The notes below the pieces were generated by a model. It made no database searches. It was not told the origin of the DNA and worked only from the letters and a program-made list of their open reading frames with translations. Below are positions 29,788 to 36,906 of a stretch of DNA of 64,000 nucleotides, piece by piece. Location: the IMG/VR virus record IMGVR_UViG_3300027782_000067; one strand, 5' to 3'. Every line of letters starts with the position of its first letter. The stretch's first letter is position 1. The translations under genes were made by a program, and so were the position numbers. Origin of the DNA: an uncultured virus (IMG/VR IMGVR_UViG_3300027782_000067) (taxonomy: Duplodnaviria > Heunggongvirae > Uroviricota > Caudoviricetes).

Positions 29788-30219
29788 GTTGTGATTACCT
29801 TTCATTTGTGGGTCACTCACACCCTCTAAAGACAAAATACTTTGCCCTCTTTTGTTGTGATTACCTTTCATTTGTGGGTTACTCGCACCTATAAAAATAT
29901 AAATAAGTCATTCTATTAAGTTGTGATTACCTTTCATTTGTGGATCACTCACACCCTACCTTTTCCACTCAATTCTTTTGAAGTAGTTGTGATTACCTTT
30001 CATTTGTGGGTCACTCACACCTTTGTTTGGTTTAATAGATCATTCAATCAAGTTGTGATTACCTTTCATTTGTGGATCACTCACACCCAATGATGAGGGA
30101 AAACCTGATCCTTTTTCGTTGTGATTACCTTTCATTTGTGGATCACTCACACCTTTTTCTTGTTGGACAGGAATGCGTTGGTCGTTGTGATTACCTTTCA
30201 TTTGTGGATCACTCACACC
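29788..30219 (-). CRISPR. CRISPR array: 7 repeats of 36 nt, 6 spacers of 30 nt
   Basis: + strand consensus GTTGTGATTACCTTTCATTTGTGGATCACTCACACC at 29788, 29854, 29920, 29986, 30052, 30118, 30184; unique spacers; strand inferred from the adjacent tnpB. Confidence 0.97.
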
Positions 30220-30330
30220 TGACATGGAAATCCCCACAAATTAATGATCGGTTCTTGTTATCATTGTCAAACCATACTAATAGGTCCTCCTCCAACAATT
30301 AATTCGGATGTCACACCACCCCAATATTTC
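30220..30330 (-). ncRNA. omegaRNA/tracrRNA-like scaffold between tnpB and the array
   Basis: TGACAT...ATGTCA and AATTAAT...ATTAATT complementary pairs; ends in ATGTCA like many IS605-family right ends. Confidence 0.55.
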
Positions 30331-31482
30331 CTATTTTTTTACTTCAAAGAACTTTCTTTTACCCTCATCCTTAATGTTAAGGGCCGCATTGTAATCTCTA
30401 TCTAATTCAGTACCACAACTATTACAAGTCCATGTTCTGTCAGATAATTTTAACTCCTTATTAATTGTACCACAACAATTACAAGTTTTACTTGATGGAT
30501 AAAATTTATCAATTTTAACCGTATGTTTACCGTCAAAATTTGCCTTGTATTCAACCATCCTAACAAAACTACCTAATGAAACATCACTAAGAGATCTGTT
30601 TAATCCTGACTTTTGTTTTACATTTTTACCAGGTTTTTTAATTGTACCTTTAGATGACTTAGTCATTTCTTTTACATTAAGATCCTCCATACAGATCAAG
30701 TCATAATCATTAACCAATTTTATTGACTCATTATGTAAAAAGTTCTCTCTCTTGTTAGCAATTTTTTTATTTAACTTTGAGATTGTTTCTTTTATCTTCT
30801 CTCTATTACTTGATCCCTTCTTTGCTCTACTCAATTTTTGTTGTAGAAGTTTAAGGTATTTTAATTCAGATGAAAGAAATTTTGGATTACCCACATCTAC
30901 TTTGTCTGATGTCACAATAAAACTTTTAATCCCTAAATCAATACCCACAACTTTATTAATTACAACGGGTTGAATATCTTTTTCAATCTCACACATTGCT
31001 GATACATAATAATTACCTTTTTCTCTTGAGATTGTAAATTGTTTTAACTTACCTTCTATTGGTCTATGTATTTTTGCGTATATTGTTTTTTTAACTTTCG
31101 GTATTTTAATTCCATTACCCAAAACTTCAATATGAAATCTAGTTCTAAAACTTTGTTTAATATCTCCCTTACTCTTAAATTTAGGGAATCCACCTTGACC
31201 TTTAAAGAATTTACTATATGCAGATGATAAATTTTCCATTTCATAACACAAGGCATAAATATCATAATTTTTTAACCAAGGTTCCAATATTTTATAATTT
31301 CTTAAGTGATAACTTAAACCAAAAGTACTCAAATTTGATTTACACCCCAGTTGATACAACTGTTGTTCACAATCTAAAGAAACATTGTAGACGTATCTAC
31401 ACGCATTAAAACAACCTTCTATGTATTCTATCTGACTTTTGGTCGGATATATTCGGTATTTATATGCTTTATTTATTTTCAT
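30331..31482 (-). CDS. tnpB: TnpB RNA-guided nuclease (IS200/IS605 OrfB family), CRISPR-adjacent
   Basis: KAYKYRIYPT N-terminus; RuvC GIDLG, MEDLN, DRDYNAA all intact; CxxC..CxxC zinc finger. Confidence 0.95.
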   Translation of the reverse strand: MKINKAYKYRIYPTKSQIEYIEGCFNACRYVYNVSLDCEQQLYQLGCKSNLSTFGLSYHLRNYKILEPWLKNYDIYALCYEMENLSSAYSKFFKGQGGFPKFKSKGDIKQSFRTRFHIEVLGNGIKIPKVKKTIYAKIHRPIEGKLKQFTISREKGNYYVSAMCEIEKDIQPVVINKVVGIDLGIKSFIVTSDKVDVGNPKFLSSELKYLKLLQQKLSRAKKGSSNREKIKETISKLNKKIANKRENFLHNESIKLVNDYDLICMEDLNVKEMTKSSKGTIKKPGKNVKQKSGLNRSLSDVSLGSFVRMVEYKANFDGKHTVKIDKFYPSSKTCNCCGTINKELKLSDRTWTCNSCGTELDRDYNAALNIKDEGKRKFFEVKK

Positions 31483-31486
31483 AGTA

Positions 31487-31518
31487 CAAAGATATAAATA
31501 ATATTTTAATTAATCAAA
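31487..31518 (-). promoter_or_regulatory. tnpB promoter (host-type, overlapping a TATTTATA motif)
   Basis: TTTG-N20-TATCTTTG; TATTTATA at 31500-31493. Confidence 0.7.
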
Positions 31519-31536
31519 TAATTTATAAAAAAAAAA

Positions 31537-31560
31537 TCCCCCACTATTGTGAAGGATCTT
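31537..31560 (-). terminator. repeated intrinsic terminator (near-identical copies at ~31975 and 32371; variants at ~27203 and ~33383)
   Basis: ATCCTTCAC-AATA-GTGGGGGAT hairpin plus U-run on minus strand. Confidence 0.75.
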
Positions 31561-31611
31561 TATTATTTCTTAACAATAAAATTAGTATTAGGGTTAGAGA
31601 TCTGAAAAATA

Positions 31612-31911
31612 TTAGAAATCAATTTTCATTACCACGTAATTTATTTTTTCATGAATATCACCTATAGATCTTTTTATTTTTTGAGCCTCCGGATAACTCA
31701 TTAATCCTGATTGATATAATATTTTAACCACATCCTCGACCTCCTGATAAACTATCCCCATCTTTTCTATGACTTGGTCTGCAGCTTCTTCTTGTTCTTG
31801 ATTATCATGCCCCCAATTTCGCCCATCCTGAATATCTTCATTTTCTTCATTAATAATTCGTTTAACAATCATTGTTAAATCTTTTTCGGTTAGTCTTACA
31901 GTTTTTTTCAT
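31612..31911 (-). CDS. leader-B small protein
   Basis: MKKTVRLTEKDL. Confidence 0.7.
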   Translation of the reverse strand: MKKTVRLTEKDLTMIVKRIINEENEDIQDGRNWGHDNQEQEEAADQVIEKMGIVYQEVEDVVKILYQSGLMSYPEAQKIKRSIGDIHEKINYVVMKIDF

Positions 31912-31999
31912 ATTTTTTTGTATTTTATAATAAATATACGATTGTTTGAAAAAATCCTCTTATTAAAAAAAAATTCCCCACTATTGTGAAGGATCTTTA

Positions 32000-32341
32000 T
32001 TATTTCTTTAATACTCTATACATTGATTTTATTCTACCTTTGTACTTCTCAGTTAATTCATTGGTCAAGTCGTCACTCCATTGTATATCATCAGGTAAAT
32101 AATGTCTTGCCTCCATTAAACTTATAAAATCTGTTATCACCATTTTCGCAAAATTACGTTCCGATAATTTATTTGGATGTGACTTGTAGTTCTTTATAAA
32201 TATTTTTGATATATAGTTTAACGATGAATTAAATACTCCATCTATATTCTCTAATGCTTCTGGTGGTAATCTACGCAATAACATTCTAAGGTAGTTCGTT
32301 TCCTCTTGTAATACTTTTCTTATGTGTCCCTGTAGATTCAT
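32000..32341 (-). CDS. leader-D protein; paralog of the first domain of 39234..40634
   Basis: MNLQGHIRKVLQEE; LRRLPPE, LPDDIQW. Confidence 0.7.
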   Translation of the reverse strand: MNLQGHIRKVLQEETNYLRMLLRRLPPEALENIDGVFNSSLNYISKIFIKNYKSHPNKLSERNFAKMVITDFISLMEARHYLPDDIQWSDDLTNELTEKYKGRIKSMYRVLKK

Positions 32342-32398
32342 ATTAAATAAATATCCCTATAAACAAAAAATCCCCCACTATTGTGAAGGATCTTTTTG

Positions 32399-32527
32399 TA
32401 GTCAGGACAGGATTCGAACCTGCATGATAACTTATGAGCAGGACTTTCACCGGGTTTCTCGAGGTTACTCTGCGTTATCTTTACTTTTAACCTTTATTTA
32501 TAGCGTCTACCATTCCGCCACCTGACT
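32399..32527 (-). ncRNA. tRNA-like RNA (Leu-type D arm) with the anticodon region replaced by a large insertion
   Basis: AGTCAGG/CCTGACT acceptor, TGGCGGAATGGTAGACGC, GCAGGTTCGAATCCTGT; 129 nt. Confidence 0.7.
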
Positions 32528-32603
32528 ATATTCTCGTCTTTCCAAGATGTCAATACGGATATTTTGTGTACAATTCAGGACTCTCGTATTGCTTCCTTAG
32601 TTG

Positions 32604-32683
32604 TAGTCAGGGCCGGACTCGAACCGGATAAACAACCACTTAACTGGACTCGGGCACCAATCCCTCATTACGTCCACCTGACT
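32604..32683 (-). ncRNA. second tRNA-like RNA lacking a canonical anticodon arm
   Basis: same AGTCAGG/CCTGACT acceptor; CCGG-TTCGAGT-CCGG T arm. Confidence 0.6.
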
Positions 32684-32693
32684 AACTAAGTTA

Positions 32694-33323
32694 TTATTTT
32701 CTAATAAAGAACTTATCATTATCCCATCTCACCTTCTTTAGTGTTGATAAATAATCATTCTCACTATCTCTATATCCTAATGGAAGAACTACCACTGATT
32801 TTAATCCTAACTCTTGTAGACCTAAAACAGTATCCACTGATTCTGGGACAAATCCTTCCATTGGTGTTGAGTCTACTTCTTCTACCGCTGCTGCCGTTAA
32901 TGCGAACCCTAATCCGATGTATGCTTGTCTCTGAGCCCAAGAAATCTTTTGTTCCTGTGTCATGTTGGTTAATGATCCATTCATCATGTCTTGTAAACCA
33001 TTTAATGACTCTACAGGGATTTCTCTTTGTTTTGCAATCTCATTAATGTAGTTCCCCACAGAATGTTCTGTAACATCATCCCACGTTGCAAATACAAGTA
33101 CTGCGGATGACTCACTTAATTGTGTTTGTCCGTAACATGCTCCTTGTAACTCTTCTTTTAATTTTTGATCCTCTACCACAATAACATTATATGGTGTAAG
33201 TCCGTATGAACTTGGCGCCAATCTTGTTGCTTCTAAGATTCTTTCTAATTTATCCTGAGGAATTTTCTCCCCATTCATTTTTTTGGTGGCGTATCTCCAC
33301 TCTAACGATTTTAATAATTCCAT
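32694..33323 (-). CDS. nitroreductase-family NAD(P)H oxidoreductase
   Basis: WRYATKK, LAPSSYGL, DSTPMEGF, LGYR, KKVR. Confidence 0.92.
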   Translation of the reverse strand: MELLKSLEWRYATKKMNGEKIPQDKLERILEATRLAPSSYGLTPYNVIVVEDQKLKEELQGACYGQTQLSESSAVLVFATWDDVTEHSVGNYINEIAKQREIPVESLNGLQDMMNGSLTNMTQEQKISWAQRQAYIGLGFALTAAAVEEVDSTPMEGFVPESVDTVLGLQELGLKSVVVLPLGYRDSENDYLSTLKKVRWDNDKFFIRK

Positions 33324-33439
33324 AAGTATATTTTTTTTATATTCAAATTATAACTAAATTTATTTTAATTGTCAACAAAAAATCCCCCATTGTTAGTGGA
33401 GGATCTTTAATATTTCTTTAATATTTCTTTAATAGTTTA

Positions 33440-34054
33440 TTATATCTTTGGACTGTTATTTAATATTTGTTCTTTAGGTGATGTTACGGTTAAACATTTA
33501 CCTATATTTGTATTTGTTGTTGGTCCGTAATGCATAAATCCAACTGGTAGTGATGTAGTTGAAGACTGTGTTTCAAAATTTACATAACCAACTACTCCAC
33601 CTGTTGTCATTTCCCATACAAAACCAAAGTCACTATTTGGGTTCCATGTTGTTGTTGTTGAAACCCTAAAAGTTCCAACTACTACTCCTGTTCCCGTTGG
33701 TATAATAGGAGATGTTTCATTGGTAAAGATATTTGTTGCTGAAGAGAAATTTAATTTCCTTTGTCCTGAGATATATGGTAAGTTAGTTGTTCCTTTATTA
33801 GGCCATCCTAACCATGATGGATCAGTATTGTCATTTAACGCCTTCCATGTTATAGTTCCTGTTGTTATCTTTGGGGAATGAACTCCACGAATAATCAAAG
33901 CATTTAATTTAATTACTGATGTACCAGTGTTTGTTAATCGGATCTGAAAGTCTGCTGTGTTTGTTGTTGAACTCAACCACTCCATATCCATTTTGACTGA
34001 TACTGTTGGGGCAATATTAGTTAATTCTTGTAATCTCTGTTCTGTAAGGTTCAT
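33440..34054 (-). CDS. Thr-rich beta-sandwich-like hypothetical protein
   Basis: 204-aa ORF with beta-strand pattern; TATTTAT upstream. Confidence 0.6.
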   Translation of the reverse strand: MNLTEQRLQELTNIAPTVSVKMDMEWLSSTTNTADFQIRLTNTGTSVIKLNALIIRGVHSPKITTGTITWKALNDNTDPSWLGWPNKGTTNLPYISGQRKLNFSSATNIFTNETSPIIPTGTGVVVGTFRVSTTTTWNPNSDFGFVWEMTTGGVVGYVNFETQSSTTSLPVGFMHYGPTTNTNIGKCLTVTSPKEQILNNSPKI

Positions 34055-34137
34055 TTTTTTATTTTATTTTTTATGTATTATCTACATAATATAAATATAT
34101 TTATAATGACTATAAGTTTAATTATTTTTTATTTAAT

Positions 34138-34188
34138 TTAATATATCCTACCCTTAAAGATGTTTCTTATGTGTACCTGTAGGTTCAT
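34138..34188 (-). pseudogene. leader-only remnant (MNLQVHIRNIFKGRIY*)
   Basis: resembles the leader of 32000..32341 but stops after 16 codons. Confidence 0.45.
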
Positions 34189-34189
34189 A

Positions 34190-34750
34190 TTAATCTAACC
34201 ATTTAGCGTTTAGTCCGATATACACATTAGGTTGTATAAACCCATCGGGGAATTGTATAAATGCCTGTGTAGTTCTATGCCACCCTTCACCTAATTCATA
34301 TTTACCATCTTTGGTTTTGAATAAAATAATTGGTTCTTCAGATATTCCCTTACTTTGAAGTAATTCTTTTTGTGTTTCGTGTCTTTCAGTATCTTTATCA
34401 ACATCTTGTCTTACTTCACCCCCAATTCTACTTTCTAACTCTTTTTTTGTTTTATCGGTAAATATATCCATTGATATTGGAAAATCTTTTTGAAACTCCC
34501 ATCCCATATCTTTAACCCACTCATCAATCCATTCTATAATACCTTCATATGTGTTTACATCGTCTGATTGTGTAATCATTTTATAAACCCAATCTCTTAT
34601 TACATATTCAGGAGTGTTTGGTAGTTTTTCTTTTAACCAATTAAACATTCCTTGTCTTGTTTCTGTAACAAGTCCCATCATTTCTTTAATTCTTGATATG
34701 TTTTCTTGTAGGTTTATATTAATACTCATCATCACAGATTCTACCGTCAA
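34190..34750 (-). CDS. leader-D protein with ParB/Srx-like domain
   Basis: NLQENISRIKEMM; EPIILF....YELGEGWHR. Confidence 0.7.
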   Translation of the reverse strand: MTVESVMMSININLQENISRIKEMMGLVTETRQGMFNWLKEKLPNTPEYVIRDWVYKMITQSDDVNTYEGIIEWIDEWVKDMGWEFQKDFPISMDIFTDKTKKELESRIGGEVRQDVDKDTERHETQKELLQSKGISEEPIILFKTKDGKYELGEGWHRTTQAFIQFPDGFIQPNVYIGLNAKWLD

Positions 34751-35078
34751 ATTGATTTATAAGGTAATTACCATATTTTTTAGTTAATAAGTGCCATATA
34801 ATTTCTTCAATTTCTGACATTTCATGTTTAACATAAAGTTCATCACTAAAATGATTAATAAAATTAGAACTTGCAACTTCAAAAATTACATCTTTATAAT
34901 CTTCAGATGTACTATAACCACAAGGACTAATTTGATCGGTTAAACTATCAATTTGTTCATTTAGGTATTCTTTTATATCTTGGGTTTCCAGTCTTCTTAA
35001 TAACCAAATCTTATTTTTATATGACTCATTCAGATTCATCATGGATCTAATCCTTTGTATGTTTTCTTGTGGATTCAT
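34719..35078 (-). CDS. leader-D small acidic protein
   Basis: MNPQENIQRIRSMMNLNES; ISPCGY. Confidence 0.7.
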   Translation of the reverse strand: MNPQENIQRIRSMMNLNESYKNKIWLLRRLETQDIKEYLNEQIDSLTDQISPCGYSTSEDYKDVIFEVASSNFINHFSDELYVKHEMSEIEEIIWHLLTKKYGNYLINQFDGRICDDEY

Positions 35079-35093
35079 AATGATAAATACTTT

Positions 35094-35807
35094 TTACATA
35101 TAAATTATTTTCCACTTACCTTTAAAATCCTCCACAAGACACGTAGAGTTCTCACAAAAGTCTCCACTGTTCATATAGTCCAAATCTAACTTAGGTTGAT
35201 GGATGTGTCCACATACCGCAACATCACATCCTTTTTGTTTTGATAAACCTTTTGCATTCTCCTCAAAATCAGATACAAAGTTGATTGCTCCCTTTACAGA
35301 TTGTTTAATATCATTTGCCAAGGAATGGTATGGTAAGTTAAACTTTCTTCTAATATAGTTGTATATTGTATTTAATCTAATAACTAAATCATATGACCAT
35401 CCACCAAGAACTGCCAACCATCTTACTTTCATAATAACAAAGTCTAATACGTCGCCATGAAAACAATAGTAACTCCTTCCGTCTGCTCCGATGTGTGTAT
35501 ATTTTCTAACAATCTCTATGTTGTTTAATAAGAACGGAACAAATGGTTTTAAAAAGTCATCGTGGTTTCCCCTGATATACACTACCTTTGTTCCATCTTC
35601 TGATCGTTTCATAAAACGTCTGAATATCTTTGAACAATCTTTTTTCCATTTACCTCCACCCTTTAATGCCCATCCATCAATAATATCACCATTTAATATT
35701 AGTGTTTCAGATTCATTCTCTTCCAAGAACTTAATTATCTTGTCTGTTTGTGATTGTCTGGCACCTAAGTGCAAATCACTCATTATTATTGTTCTCCACT
35801 TTTTCAT
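35094..35807 (-). CDS. PlcP/LpxH-like metallophosphoesterase
   Basis: SDLHLG, GDIIDGW, GNHD, HGD, CGHIH, NSGD. Confidence 0.85.
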   Translation of the reverse strand: MKKWRTIIMSDLHLGARQSQTDKIIKFLEENESETLILNGDIIDGWALKGGGKWKKDCSKIFRRFMKRSEDGTKVVYIRGNHDDFLKPFVPFLLNNIEIVRKYTHIGADGRSYYCFHGDVLDFVIMKVRWLAVLGGWSYDLVIRLNTIYNYIRRKFNLPYHSLANDIKQSVKGAINFVSDFEENAKGLSKQKGCDVAVCGHIHQPKLDLDYMNSGDFCENSTCLVEDFKGKWKIIYM

Positions 35808-36130
35808 ACAAATAAAGATATGTATTGTGCCAATTTATAACCTGTAAATGCCCCAATGGCTGCAGATCCAGGAAGGATAATAAATTTACCTAATTTTGTT
35901 TTATACTTTTCACGATTTACAATGTATGAGATTAATAAATAATATAATATAAAATTTATAAATACCATAAAATCAAGCTCCTTTGACATAAAAACAACAA
36001 TTGAATTACCAATAAGTCCCCACATAAAATTTATAATGGTTTCTCGTATTAACTCAAATGGTGTTGTAATGGCCCCAAATATATTAATTTGTTTGCTCAT
36101 GGGATTTTGTTTATTTTTTTTCATTTCCAA
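35804..36130 (-). CDS. small multi-pass membrane protein
   Basis: three hydrophobic segments. Confidence 0.65.
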   Translation of the reverse strand: MEMKKNKQNPMSKQINIFGAITTPFELIRETIINFMWGLIGNSIVVFMSKELDFMVFINFILYYLLISYIVNREKYKTKLGKFIILPGSAAIGAFTGYKLAQYISLFV

Positions 36131-36843
36131 TAGTCTTTGTCGTTTGTAAAATATTCTTTATTTTTATTATTGAAGAATGATGACAACATTAGTCTTAACA
36201 TATACATCACACCTTTGTTTTCAAATCTTCTTGGTGGTGTAAATACAATATTGTTTATTCTTCCGAATTTCTTTGGTTTAATTTGTTTTGAGAATATATA
36301 ATCTTCGGCTAATTTAATATCTTCATCAAAACCTCCGATTAATTTAAACGTATCTGAACGAACTAACATGTACCCACCCAAACAGAATGGTGTTGACCAC
36401 TTTGAAAGTGACTGTATTAAATCAAATACCTTATACACATAATTAAATTTCCCATTGTCCGAACGGAACTTTGTTGTTACCAGATCTAAATGGTATCTAT
36501 GTATTCTTACTATTGATCTTTTTAGTACTTTTGGGTCTAATAGAAATACGTCAGCGTCCATAAACAACACATATGGTGTTGTCACAAGTTTGAATCCGTT
36601 GTTTCTTGCTATTGATGGGAGACCTCCATCCGTTAAATGTAAATCAAACATATCTGAATTATGTTCATATTCTAATCTACCCAATAGGTTAAGTTTTGTT
36701 ACACCATCATTTGATGCGTCACATACAACAACTTTTACGTTATTTATATCAACCTGATAGTTTAACAGGTCCAACGTTTTTAATATAATATCCTTCTCGT
36801 TCTTACAAGGTATTACAATCGTTACTAATTTACTTAAATCCAT
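36121..36843 (-). CDS. glycosyltransferase family 2
   Basis: IVIPCKNE, ARNNG, FMDAD, GGFDE...EDY. Confidence 0.9.
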   Translation of the reverse strand: MDLSKLVTIVIPCKNEKDIILKTLDLLNYQVDINNVKVVVCDASNDGVTKLNLLGRLEYEHNSDMFDLHLTDGGLPSIARNNGFKLVTTPYVLFMDADVFLLDPKVLKRSIVRIHRYHLDLVTTKFRSDNGKFNYVYKVFDLIQSLSKWSTPFCLGGYMLVRSDTFKLIGGFDEDIKLAEDYIFSKQIKPKKFGRINNIVFTPPRRFENKGVMYMLRLMLSSFFNNKNKEYFTNDKDYWK

Positions 36844-36906
36844 ATATAATAAATATAATTCACATTACACTTAACATATTAGTTAATAATTTAATAATCA
36901 AATTTA

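Noticed and set aside
29824..30183. Self-targeting by spacers; spacer 2 contains a TATTTATA motif
   Set aside because: No protospacer match was noticed in this window by eye, and the motif can arise by chance in an AT-rich 30-mer
30040..30302. ORF-track entries 30040..30237 (-) and 30072..30302 (+) with repeated peptides
   Set aside because: Translation artefacts of the 66-nt CRISPR period
30331..31482. tnpB as an ordinary active IS200/IS605 insertion
   Set aside because: No tnpA, no evident left-end hairpin and no second copy in the window, and it has a dedicated promoter; not fully excluded without the rest of the genome
32322..32525. + strand 67-aa ORF
   Set aside because: Antisense to the tRNA-like RNA and terminator
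32399..32527. tmRNA or group I intron call
   Set aside because: Too short for either, with no tag reading frame or intron core recognised
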